A DNA stretch of 64,000 nt. It comes from Candidatus Binatia bacterium. Its GTDB lineage: Bacteria; Desulfobacterota; Binatia; Bin18. Below, piece after piece: positions 50,365-60,163 of this stretch. Position 1 is the first letter of the stretch; each line of letters opens with the position of its first letter. Position numbers and translations under genes: made by a program. The stretch is taken from positions 96,001 through 160,000 of the forward strand of contig CAXXHG010000014.1 of the NCBI GenBank assembly GCA_963666315.2. The letters run 5' to 3'. Below the pieces are notes generated by a model, which saw nothing but the letters and a program-made list of their open reading frames with translations, had not been told where the DNA came from and made no database searches.

Positions 50365-50409
50365 GGTGCATCCTCTTTCCTGCTTCAGATTACCGTTTCG
50401 ATTCTTGGC

Positions 50410-51267
50410 CTATTCTCTCCGGCCGCGTATGCGCATGAGTTCGTTGATCGTCAGGTCGATGTCTTCATCGCGCAGCAGCGGCGCGGCAATGCGCTTGCGC
50501 CGCACGGCGTCAAGGCTGATTTCGGCGGTCACAAAATCTTCCTCATAATACTGCCCCTTGGCCAGGCATTGCCCAAACGGGTCGATGATCTCAGAGCCGC
50601 CCCAGAAGCCGACGCCGTCCTCAAAACCGACCCGGTTGGCGTAGATCACAAACACGCCAAACGTTTCGGCATAGGCGCGGTTGATCGACTCCCAATAGCG
50701 CGCGTTCTCATCCTGCTCTTTATCGTCGGCAATGCCGCGCAACGGACTCGACGAAGGACAGACAATCACCAGCGCCTGATCCAGCGCGGCAATATAGGCG
50801 GTTGACGGGTGCCACAGATCTTCACACACCAGGATTGCAGCTCGTCCAAAAGGCGTCTCAAAGGCGCGGATTCGATCTCCCCGGGCGTAATAGCGCTGTT
50901 CATCAAACATGCCATACGTCGGCAAATAGACCTTTCGGTGGACGTGTTGGATGTCTCCGTCACTCAGATACAGCGCCGTGTTATAGAAGCGAATGTCTGC
51001 GCTCTCCTCAACCAAGCCAGCTATAAAGGGAACAGACCGGCTGAGCTCCTTGAGCCGCGTGATCTCAGCTGCGTCTTCACGCAACGCTACCGTAGCCACC
51101 ATGTCACGCAAGTGGTAGCCGGTGAGACTCAGCTCGGGAAAGACGAGCAAATCAACCCCTTCCTCTTGAGCCCGGGCGATATGCTGTTCATACATGGCCA
51201 GGTTCGCCGCCACATCTCCGAGGCGAGGACTGATCTGGGCGATGCCGATTTTGGAGTGTGTTTTCAC
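50410..51267 (-). CDS. Carbon-nitrogen hydrolase resembling the NAD synthetase glutaminase subunit
   Basis: E-K-C triad: FPELSLTGY, RKVYLPTYGMFDE, CEDLWH. Confidence 0.85.
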   Translation of the reverse strand: MKTHSKIGIAQISPRLGDVAANLAMYEQHIARAQEEGVDLLVFPELSLTGYHLRDMVATVALREDAAEITRLKELSRSVPFIAGLVEESADIRFYNTALYLSDGDIQHVHRKVYLPTYGMFDEQRYYARGDRIRAFETPFGRAAILVCEDLWHPSTAYIAALDQALVIVCPSSSPLRGIADDKEQDENARYWESINRAYAETFGVFVIYANRVGFEDGVGFWGGSEIIDPFGQCLAKGQYYEEDFVTAEISLDAVRRKRIAAPLLRDEDIDLTINELMRIRGRRE

Positions 51268-51304
51268 GTTAGCGCTGTCTGAGGACGATTGTCGTTTGTA
51301 ATTA

Positions 51305-51829
51305 TTAGGCCTGCCCCAATAGACTGCGTATCCATTTGACTAGGGTGCGCCATATATTCACCAGCGCACCTTGTTTGACCTCTTCATGCGGTATGGCTTG
51401 GATTTCCGCTTCCATGGCGGTGAAGAATTGTCCAATCAGCATCTTGGCTACACCGCCAACCATACGCTGGCCAACACTGGCCAGTAGCCCGCCGATTTGG
51501 ATATCGCCGTGATAGGTCAATAGGGTCTGGCCATCTTGTTCCTCTAAATCCACTGTCCCTGAGCCCTTGAGAAACCCTTGTTTGCCCTTGCCATCCAGGT
51601 TGAGCTTATAGTGAGACGGCGGCTGGATCTCCTCCATTTTGACTTTGCCGTTGTACACGCCCTTTACCGCCGCCACTCCGACCTTGATCACACCACTATA
51701 TTCATTCTCGCCGATCTCTTCTAAGCTCTCGCAGCCGGGCATACATTTGGCGAGCTGATTTGGGTCGATCAGAAAATTCCAGACTTTCTGTTGGGAGGCT
51801 AGAATGGTTCGTGTGCCGTTGAGTATCAT
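51305..51829 (-). CDS. CoxG-family SRPBCC protein
   Basis: LIDP..LAKCMPGCE, GGLLASVGQRM. Confidence 0.85.
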   Translation of the reverse strand: MILNGTRTILASQQKVWNFLIDPNQLAKCMPGCESLEEIGENEYSGVIKVGVAAVKGVYNGKVKMEEIQPPSHYKLNLDGKGKQGFLKGSGTVDLEEQDGQTLLTYHGDIQIGGLLASVGQRMVGGVAKMLIGQFFTAMEAEIQAIPHEEVKQGALVNIWRTLVKWIRSLLGQA

Positions 51830-51864
51830 GGCTGCTGTCCTACTCTTGCTGAAAACCCTGGCTG

Positions 51865-53032
51865 TTATCCTCTGAGCGGTCGGAAGAATTCGCGGACATC
51901 ATTAATCAGGAGTTCGGGTTCTTCCATAGGCGCGAAATGTCCACCCCGACGGCATCGTCGTCCAGCGTTTCAAATTGTAATAGCCCTCCGCCCATTTGCG
52001 CGGCATCAGAATCACTTCTTTGAGGAAAACGGCGACACCCGTTGGCGCCTCTACAATCGGCGTCCGGTCATGCGCAGGTTGCCACGGGGTATGCGTGGCT
52101 TCGTAATAATAGCGCGCAGACGTGCCAAAGCTCTGCGTGATCCAGTACAGCGTCATTGTGGTGCATAAATCATCCTTGCTAAAGCGTTTCTCTACATCCC
52201 CAGCACAGTCACTCCAGGTACGGCGCTTTTCGAGGATCCACGCACACAGCCCGACGGGAGAGTCGTTGAGTGCAAAGGCGAGTGTTTGGGGTTTTGTTGT
52301 CTGGAATGCGGAGTAGCCACTCTCTGCAGCAAAGAAATTCATGTTCTTGTCGTGCCAGCCTGCCTCATCCGGACCGTAGTCTGCGGCTTCAGGCATACTA
52401 CCGATAAAGACGTCAAGCGGGATCATCAGGTTGACGTGGCAGCCAAGCAGCCGGTCTGCGTATTTGTGACCGAGCTGGGCCGTAATTAACGCACCCCAGT
52501 CTCCGCCTTGAGCTGCAAACTTTTTGTAGCCCAGGACATCTTGCATAAGCTTGACCCATAGATCCGCAGTTCGCCAGAAGTTGATGCCCGGCGTCGTCAG
52601 CGGGGTTGAAAACCCATAGCCAGGCAGGGACGGGACAACGACATCGAAGGAATCGTTCGGATCCCCACCAAAGGCCGCAGGATCTGTGAGAGGCCGAATG
52701 ACTTTCTGGAAATCCCAGAAGGTCCACGGCCAGCCGTGGCTCAGAATCAACGGCGTTGGGTTTGGCCCTTTGCCCGGCTCATGGATGAAATGGATGGGTA
52801 CCCCGTCAATATCAGCCTTATAGTGCGAGAAGGTGTTCATCTCGCGCTCGTGTTTGCACCAGTCGTACTCATTGAGCCAGTACTCAACAAGCTCCTGTAA
52901 ATACGCCTGGTTCGTCCCATACTCCCAGTGCGCGTTGGCAAAATCACCGGGCCAGCGCACCTTGGCCAACCGTTCACGTAAGTCGGCTAACACCTCGTCT
53001 GGAACAGCAACCGTAAACGATTCTTTGCTCAT
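51865..53032 (-). pseudogene. Microsomal-type epoxide hydrolase with C-terminal frameshift
   Basis: HGWP, GGDWG; an extra G in TCGGGGTGG near 51945 puts GGHFAPMEEP...stop (51865) out of frame. Confidence 0.8.
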
Positions 53033-53237
53033 TGCTCTCTCCTTTTTTGATGATCCGCCTCTCCGGAGACCGAGGGCGACAGGTACTGATACTGCCCTTG
53101 CTGAGCGTTGACAAGAAGGGCAGCTGGGCAGCGACTGGCAGGTGTAGGGCGGGTATGGAGTAGGACCGACAAGCTGAGTGGGGGAAGGGCTCTACTAAAA
53201 ATATGGATCTTTTAGCGTGAGGTCGGAACGAACCGGA

Positions 53238-55100
53238 CTACTGGCCCATTGCGTCAGCAACAACGTCTTCTTGGTCTTCTCGGGCAGACGCCCCATTCGC
53301 TTGTTCGGCAATCGCCTTCAATTCGGCTCCCATGATCGTTTCTTTTTTTAAAAGCACCTGGGCAGCTTGGCGCAGTATGGACAGCTTAGCGCCCAGTAGC
53401 GCAGTGACACGCACGTGTTGCTCATCAATAATGCGGCGTACCTCGGCGTCGATTTCCCGTGCGGTTTCTTCACTATAATCGCCCGGACCTTGGGGTTGGG
53501 TGTCTTGTAGGAACATGGGTTGCTGCTCTTGATCAAAGCTCTGGTGGCCAAGCTTGTCGCTCATGCCATAGGCTTTGACCATATTCTTCGCAATATCGGT
53601 GGCCTTGAGCAGATCGTCCCGCGCCCCGGTCGAGGCCTCGTGGTAGATCAGCTCCTCTGCCACACGTCCCCCTAGTAAGACGGCGATCTTATTTTCCAAC
53701 TCGGATTTCGTCATCAAAAATCGATCTTCTTTCGGCAATTGCAACGTATACCCCAATGCCGCCACCCCACGTGGAATGATCGAGATCTTGTGCACTTCGT
53801 CCGATCCCGGGAGCGACATGCCCGCCAGAGCATGGCCGATTTCATGATGGGCGACGCGCTCCCTTTCTGTCTGACCCAAGACCCGGTTCTTCTTCTCGAT
53901 TCCGGCAATGACACGTTCGACCGCTTCTTGGAGTTCGGGCACGCCCACCGTGTCTTTGCCCCGGCGCGCGGCTAGGAGCGCTGCCTCGTTCACAATATTC
54001 GCTAAGTCTGCACCGGCAAAGCCCGGAGTCATAGCGGCAGCAACCTCTAAGTCGGATTCCGCCTCGAACGGCACCGATCGGGCATGGATCTGGAGGATGG
54101 CGAGGCGGCCGGCTCTGTCTGGCCGATCAACCACAACATTACGGTCAAAACGCCCGGCCCGCAGGAGGGCTTGATCCAAAATCTCTGGCCGGTTGGTGGC
54201 GGCCACCAGAATAACCCCGGCATGTTGGTCAAAGCCGTCCATTTCTACCAAAAGCTGGTTGAGGGTCTGTTCCCGCTCCTCATGCGTAACGGGGCCCATA
54301 CCACGTGCTCTACCCAGGGCGTCCAATTCATCCATGAAGATGATACACGGCGCATTTTCTTTTGCTTTGGAGAAAAGATCCCGTACCCGTGCGGCGCCTA
54401 CTCCCACGAACATCTCAACGAATTCCGATCCGCTGATAGAAAAAAACGGAACGCCTGCTTCCCCGGCAACCGCTCTGGCCAGCAGTGTTTTTCCGGTCCC
54501 CGGCGGTCCGACGAGTAAAATACCCTTCGGGATTTTCCCGCCCAGCCGGCTAAATTTCTCCGGAGTCTTGAGAAACTCAATTATCTCTTGCAGCTCGATC
54601 TTGGCTTCGTCTACCCCCGCAACATCAGAGAAGCGCACGGTGATATCCTGCTCCATATAGATCTTGGCCTTGCTCTTCCCAATCGACATCAAGCCCCCAC
54701 CGATGCCGCCGCCTTGAGACATACGGCGCATAAGAATCAGCCAGACGCCAAAAAACAACAGCACGGGCAGAACCCAGGAGAGGATGTCTCGGACAAAGGT
54801 GCTCTCGATCTCTCCGGCAAAAAGGACGCCCTGGGATGCCAGTTGATCGGCCAAGTCGGATTCCACACGAACCGTCACAAACTGGCTGGGATGTCCCTCT
54901 TCAGGCTCTTTCAACGTCCCCTGAATGTAGTTCTCAGTAATGCGGATCTCAGCAATCCGTCCTTCGATCAAATCAGTCTGAAACTGACTGTAAGGAATCC
55001 GTTCAATGCGCGTGGCCTGCATCCACACGCCATGCAGAATAACGACTCCCCACAGAGCGATAAAAAGATACCAGATATTAAATTTCGTTTTCTTATCCAT
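53238..55100 (-). CDS. ftsH: ATP-dependent zinc metalloprotease FtsH (probable paralog)
   Basis: Two TMs, [27 protein letters not shown]. Confidence 0.93.
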   Translation of the reverse strand: MDKKTKFNIWYLFIALWGVVILHGVWMQATRIERIPYSQFQTDLIEGRIAEIRITENYIQGTLKEPEEGHPSQFVTVRVESDLADQLASQGVLFAGEIESTFVRDILSWVLPVLLFFGVWLILMRRMSQGGGIGGGLMSIGKSKAKIYMEQDITVRFSDVAGVDEAKIELQEIIEFLKTPEKFSRLGGKIPKGILLVGPPGTGKTLLARAVAGEAGVPFFSISGSEFVEMFVGVGAARVRDLFSKAKENAPCIIFMDELDALGRARGMGPVTHEEREQTLNQLLVEMDGFDQHAGVILVAATNRPEILDQALLRAGRFDRNVVVDRPDRAGRLAILQIHARSVPFEAESDLEVAAAMTPGFAGADLANIVNEAALLAARRGKDTVGVPELQEAVERVIAGIEKKNRVLGQTERERVAHHEIGHALAGMSLPGSDEVHKISIIPRGVAALGYTLQLPKEDRFLMTKSELENKIAVLLGGRVAEELIYHEASTGARDDLLKATDIAKNMVKAYGMSDKLGHQSFDQEQQPMFLQDTQPQGPGDYSEETAREIDAEVRRIIDEQHVRVTALLGAKLSILRQAAQVLLKKETIMGAELKAIAEQANGASAREDQEDVVADAMGQ

Positions 55101-55150
55101 AGATAGCCCAATTATAGCGTGCCGCAGATAGCCCAATTATAGCGTGCCGC
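55101..55150. repeat. Perfect 25-bp tandem duplication
   Basis: AGATAGCCCAATTATAGCGTGCCGC x2. Confidence 0.9.
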
Positions 55151-55272
55151 AGGGCACAGCATAGTCGGTGTGGGATTTCTTGTCATTGGCGCGGCTGGCA
55201 TAGTAGAAGCATGGGCCAACCAGCACATCCAGCAAGACTCCCAAAATATACAGGACATACAGGCTCTATACG

Positions 55273-56487
55273 ATGTCGCTGAATGTCTTTTTGATGACGC
55301 TGCGGGTCGCCTTTCGTTCGACGCTGATCATGCTGGGCATAGTCTTCGGCGTCGCTGCTGTGATCGCCATGGTTGCCATCAGTCAAGGCGCCGACGCGTT
55401 CATACAGGACCGCATTCAAAGTCTGGGGACGAATATCGTTGTCGTCCGGCCTGGTTCAACAGTCATGCGAGGGGCACGATCCGGGGATGGCAGCGCCGCC
55501 TCGCTCACCGTTTCAGACGCCCGAGCGATCGCTCGCGAATGCCCGTCTGTCGCAGCGGTCACCTATATTAAGCGACGTAAGATGCAAGTTGTTGCCGGAC
55601 GCGAAAACTGGAGCACCGATGTGCAAGGCGTCAATGTCGATTATCTATACGTCCGTGCTTGGCCCCTTGCGGAAGGTCGTTTTTTTACGCCCCAAGAAGA
55701 ACGGACCGCTGCCCGGGTATGCGTACTTGGCGCAACCGTGGTCAAAAATCTGTTTGCCTTGGGCCAGAATCCTATTGGCGCGTCTATTCGTATCCAGGAT
55801 ATGCCGTGTCGGATCATCGGCCTCTTGTCTACAAAAGGCCAGACCGGCCGGGGGTCGGATCAAAACGATACGATCATTGTGCCTTTTTCTACTGCAGAGC
55901 GAAAACTCATTGGAGCGGAAATCCTTGGAGTTGTGGATTACATGATGGTCTCCGCTCGCAGCGCAACCCAGACTATGGAGACTGAAGACGAAATTCGCAG
56001 CCTGATCGGGGCTCGTCACCATCTGCGAGCCAAGCAGGACGATGACTTCCGTGTGCGCAATCTCCAAGAGATTGCGGATGCCTCGGCCAATGCGAGCCAA
56101 GTCATGACCATCCTGCTCGCGTCAGTGGCTTCAATCGCCCTGCTCGTCGGCGGTATCGGCATTATGAATATCCTCTTGGTGTCCGTGACCGAACGGACCA
56201 GGGAAATCGAGATTCGCATGGCCGTTGGGGCCAAGGCCAAGCACATCTTGTTACAGTTCTTAGTAGAATCGGCAACGCTCAGCCTGTTGGGCGGCGTGTT
56301 CGGCATCCTGCTGGGTGTGGCCAGCGCTCAACTTGTCGCCTCAGTCGCACACTGGCCCAGCCTCTTATCCCCTGTCACCATAGTCGGCTCATTTGTTTGC
56401 TCGGGTGTGGTCGGTATTCTGTTCGGCTATTATCCGGCCTATAAAGCCTCTCGGCTCGATCCGATTGAGGCCTTACGTTATGAATAG
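55273..56487 (+). CDS. MacB/FtsX-like ABC permease (no adjacent ATPase or adaptor)
   Basis: GGIGIMNILLVSVTERTRE, QFLVES, LDPIEALRYE. Confidence 0.88.
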   Translation: MSLNVFLMTLRVAFRSTLIMLGIVFGVAAVIAMVAISQGADAFIQDRIQSLGTNIVVVRPGSTVMRGARSGDGSAASLTVSDARAIARECPSVAAVTYIKRRKMQVVAGRENWSTDVQGVNVDYLYVRAWPLAEGRFFTPQEERTAARVCVLGATVVKNLFALGQNPIGASIRIQDMPCRIIGLLSTKGQTGRGSDQNDTIIVPFSTAERKLIGAEILGVVDYMMVSARSATQTMETEDEIRSLIGARHHLRAKQDDDFRVRNLQEIADASANASQVMTILLASVASIALLVGGIGIMNILLVSVTERTREIEIRMAVGAKAKHILLQFLVESATLSLLGGVFGILLGVASAQLVASVAHWPSLLSPVTIVGSFVCSGVVGILFGYYPAYKASRLDPIEALRYE

Positions 56488-57341
56488 CGGCCACAGTCGA
56501 TTGGTCGACATGAACGGAATCCGCCTGCATTACTTTGAGTGGGGAGAGGAAGCCAACCCGGCCCTTATTTTGCTCCACGGCGGCTCAGCCCACGCCCACT
56601 GGTGGGATCATATTGCGCCCAGCTTGGCCCGGACGTTCCGCGGTCTTGCGTTTGATCTGCGTGGCCACGGAGACAGCTCCTGGATTGAACCAGCCGCGTA
56701 TGAAATCCAGGACTATGTGGCTGACCTCGAAGCCGTCATCACAACCCTGCAGCTCGACTCACCCAGCCTCTTGGGCCACTCATTGGGTGGATTCATTGCG
56801 CTGAACTATGCGACCCGGCATGCGGCGAGTCTGCGCGCGTTCATTAAGTGTAGACATCGGCCCTCAGCTGCGGCAGAGCCGGTATATGCGTCTGCTGCGC
56901 ACCCTGCCGCCGCCGATTTATCAAGACGAGGCAGACTTGCATAATCGCTTTCGTCTTCTTCCCGCAGACACACAGGCGACTGCGGATCTCCTGCGCCACA
57001 TTGCGCACCACAGCGTGCAGCCTGGCGAGGCTGGCAACCTGCACCTCAAAGCAAATCGTGCGGCCATGATCCGTCAGCCGTGCGACCTCACCCCGCTCCT
57101 GCCCACTATCGTTTGCCCCACACTCTTCTTACGCGGCCAGAACAGCAGAAATCTCTCAGCAGAAAAATTGGCACAGATGCTACACGCCTGTCCGCAGGCC
57201 CAAGGCAGAGAAATCCCGGCTGCGGGCCATCATATTTTCTTAGACCAACCTTCCGCCTTTCTTGACATCGTGACCAATTTCCTCCACGAGAAAGGGACGG
57301 ACACAACGGCGAACGCACAGAGAGGACAAAACAATAATTGA
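56480..57341 (+). pseudogene. Alpha/beta hydrolase, frameshifted
   Basis: HGG, DLRGHG and GHSLGG in one frame; VDIGP...AGHHIF in another, break near 56846. Confidence 0.8.
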
Positions 57342-57460
57342 TTCCTGTACGGCACAGGTTATGAATTTCATCATTACACGCAAAACAAACAAAGGCTGGG
57401 GAAGTGATTCCCAAAATCGCGGATGTTATTAAGGCTCCGGCGATATAGGAGGTAAGACTG

Positions 57461-57598
57461 ATGTTCTGGTTTGGTTTTATTGTTGGTGCGACCGCAGCGA
57501 CGGTATTTATTTTGTACGGCAATGGAGATTTGCTCATCAGGCTTCGGGATCAGATAAAAAACGCGTCCGACCGGTTTTGGGAGTCTCAAAAGAAATAG
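57461..57598 (+). CDS. 45-aa single-TM small protein (YtxH-like architecture)
   Basis: AGGAGG SD; MFWFGFIVGATAATVFILYGNGDLLIRLRDQIKNASDRFWESQKK; terminator immediately after. Confidence 0.7.
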   Translation: MFWFGFIVGATAATVFILYGNGDLLIRLRDQIKNASDRFWESQKK

Positions 57599-57603
57599 CG
57601 CGT

Positions 57604-57639
57604 AGACGCACACCCGGCTGGGGTGTGCGCGTCTTTTTC
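57604..57639 (+). terminator. Intrinsic terminator
   Basis: GCACACCC/GGGTGTGC stem plus TTTTT. Confidence 0.65.
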
Positions 57640-57743
57640 GGTGGGCCCTCTTTTTCCGCTTTGTCCACCACTTTGCCTTGTGCTAGAGTTCGGGCAGCCG
57701 GGAACGTATGACAAAAGAACAACTGTCAAAGGAGGGCAGGATT

Positions 57744-58952
57744 ATGGCCAAGCCCCTAGATGGAATCCGTATCCTTGACTGGACGATCTGGCAGCAAGGT
57801 CCGGTCGCGACCATGATGCTGGGCGACCTTGGAGCCGAGATTATCAAAATTGAAGAGCGCGTGGGTGGCGATCCCGGACGCGGGGTTATGCAAATTGCCG
57901 GGGCCAAAACCGGCACCCGCAATTATTATTTTGAAGCCAATAACCGCCATAAAAAAAGTGTGACGCTCGATCTCAAAAAGCCCGAAGCCAGGGAAATCAT
58001 GTACAAGCTGGTCGAGAAGTCAGACGTGTTTGTCCAAAACTATCGCAAAGGCGTGGCCGCCAGGCTCGGTCTCGATTACGCCACTCTGTCCAAGTACAAC
58101 CCGAAACTCATCTATGCCAGTGCTACCGGCTATGGTCCGCAAGGACCCGATGCCGAAGAGCCCTCCTTCGATTATATGGGTCTGGCACGGTCCGGCATCA
58201 TGACCGCAGCCGGGGAGCCGAACATGGAGCCGATGAATGTGACGGGCGGAATCGCCGACCAAATGGGTGCGATTATGCTGGCCCACGGGATTACCGTGGC
58301 GCTCCTGGCACGGGAACGTTTAGGTATAGGACAAGAAGTCGATACCTCTCACCTCGGCAGCATGATGGCGCTGCAGGGCCTGAACCTCGCCTGTCGGCTG
58401 ACGCTGGGCAAGGAGTTTAAACGTTTTTATCGTACCAAGGCGGTCAACCCGCTCTGGAATCATTATAAGTGTAAAGACGATAAATGGATTTGCCTGGCCA
58501 TGCCCCAAGCCGACCGCTACTGGCTGGCTTTCTGCAAAACGCTGGGCATCCCGGAGCTGGGAAAAGATCCTCGTTTTGAGAACATGAAAGTGCGCGGTCG
58601 GCATTCCGAAGAGATCATCGCCATTGTCGATAATATTTTCGCTTCCAAGCCGCGTGAGGAATGGATGCGCATCCTCAAAGAAGGTGGCGACTTCATCTAT
58701 ACATTCGTGAACAACATTGCCGATCTGCCAGATGATCCGCAAATGCGCGTCAACGACTATATCGTGGACTACGAGCATCCGACCTGGGGCGAAACCCAAA
58801 TTGTCGGCTCGCCTCTTATTCTGAGCAAAACTCCAGCCGACCCCAGAGCATCTGCGCCGGAGTTCGGCGAACATACCGAGCAGGTCTTGGTTGAGATGCT
58901 GGGCTATTCGTGGGAGGAAGTCGGGAAGTTACGAGAGGCGGAAGTGCTATAG
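57744..58952 (+). CDS. CaiB/BaiF family III CoA-transferase
   Basis: PLDGIRILD, GDLGAEIIKIE, NRHKKSVTLDLK, APEFGEHT. Confidence 0.92.
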   Translation: MAKPLDGIRILDWTIWQQGPVATMMLGDLGAEIIKIEERVGGDPGRGVMQIAGAKTGTRNYYFEANNRHKKSVTLDLKKPEAREIMYKLVEKSDVFVQNYRKGVAARLGLDYATLSKYNPKLIYASATGYGPQGPDAEEPSFDYMGLARSGIMTAAGEPNMEPMNVTGGIADQMGAIMLAHGITVALLARERLGIGQEVDTSHLGSMMALQGLNLACRLTLGKEFKRFYRTKAVNPLWNHYKCKDDKWICLAMPQADRYWLAFCKTLGIPELGKDPRFENMKVRGRHSEEIIAIVDNIFASKPREEWMRILKEGGDFIYTFVNNIADLPDDPQMRVNDYIVDYEHPTWGETQIVGSPLILSKTPADPRASAPEFGEHTEQVLVEMLGYSWEEVGKLREAEVL

Positions 58953-58982
58953 AAAGGTTCGGTCTAAGATTCGGTCTAGCGT

Positions 58983-59021
58983 GTAGGGGCGACCGGCTGG
59001 TCCCATAAGAGGCGCCCCTAC
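58983..59021. repeat. GTAG-type REP palindrome
   Basis: GTAGGGGCG...CGCCCCTAC; supplies the TAG stop of the convergent gene. Confidence 0.7.
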
Positions 59022-59974
59022 GTTACAATAACTCGATGCAGCAACTCTTCGCCGCGCACATAGCGGCGAAGATTCTCCAGCCACAGCTCCGCCACACGTG
59101 ACAAATAGAGCGGTGAGGTAGATGCCGTGTGGGGCGTGATAAACACATTCGGCATATCCCACAGATCATCGTCAGCGGGCCAGGGCTCGGTCGGCAAAAC
59201 ATCCAGGCAGGCTTGCCGGATCGTTCCGATTCTGAGCGCCTCTTTCAACGCCCCAATATCAACGATGGACCCACGCGCAATATTGATCAGCGTGGCAGTA
59301 GGCTTCATGCCAACCAGCTCGCTCGTCCCAATAAGATTTGTTGTTTCAGCACACGCCGGAATCGCCAAAATGACACAGTCCGCTTCGGGTAAGAATGCGT
59401 GCAGATCAGCCAGGCTGCCGAGTTGATCCACTCCGGCAACGGGCTGTGTTGATCGGCGAATGCCCAGCACGCGCATGCCAAATCCTTTAGCCAAAGTCGC
59501 AATCCGGCTTCCTATCGCACCCAAGCCGACCACCAGGACGGTTTTATCGCTCAGGCTCTCCAGCCCTAGTTCTTGCCCCAGTCCCTGCCAACGATGCTGA
59601 CGCTGATGCGCGCAGAGTTCTCCAAACCGTTTCACTGACCAGAGAAGAAAAGCAAGGGCAAACTCGGCCACCTCAGGCGCGTTCGCACCAGGGCTATGGG
59701 TTACCAAGGCCCCCTTGGCATGCATGGCGTCGTAAAAGCGCCCGTCCGTCCCGGCGTCTTCGGTATGCGCCCAACACGGCTGGGGCATTTGCACTGCGGC
59801 GTCAATAAATTCGGCACGATAGGCATCGCCAGCCAGCACCACGAGGTCACACGCATCCGGAGGCTCGGACCATGAGCCGTCTTTTTCAATCAGTGCCCAG
59901 CTGAGCTCTGGGAAAATTGCCTGCGCTTGGGCTCCAACCCGAACAAAGAACTCCCGACCCGCCGCGACTTTCAT
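59018..59974 (-). CDS. D-2-hydroxyacid dehydrogenase family protein
   Basis: GLGAIG, INIARG, LDV...EP, ITPHTA. Confidence 0.9.
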   Translation of the reverse strand: MKVAAGREFFVRVGAQAQAIFPELSWALIEKDGSWSEPPDACDLVVLAGDAYRAEFIDAAVQMPQPCWAHTEDAGTDGRFYDAMHAKGALVTHSPGANAPEVAEFALAFLLWSVKRFGELCAHQRQHRWQGLGQELGLESLSDKTVLVVGLGAIGSRIATLAKGFGMRVLGIRRSTQPVAGVDQLGSLADLHAFLPEADCVILAIPACAETTNLIGTSELVGMKPTATLINIARGSIVDIGALKEALRIGTIRQACLDVLPTEPWPADDDLWDMPNVFITPHTASTSPLYLSRVAELWLENLRRYVRGEELLHRVIVT

Positions 59975-60163
59975 GGCGATCTCCTTTCCCTACCGGTCTT
60001 AGCATGCAGGGTAAAAATTTGCCTCAAAACTTTGTCCGTAAAGGAGAGAAGGGGAAGAGAGAAAGAACAAGATCCGACGGGCTGCTTAAAGAAGAGTCTA
60101 GTCTGTTAACTGATTACATCGTCCGTTTTTTCCCAAAATATAGAAGCGGACCGCAGGAAAGAG

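Noticed and set aside
55101-55150. CRISPR-like repeat
   Set aside because: Two adjacent copies with no spacer and no cas genes; no array seen anywhere in the window
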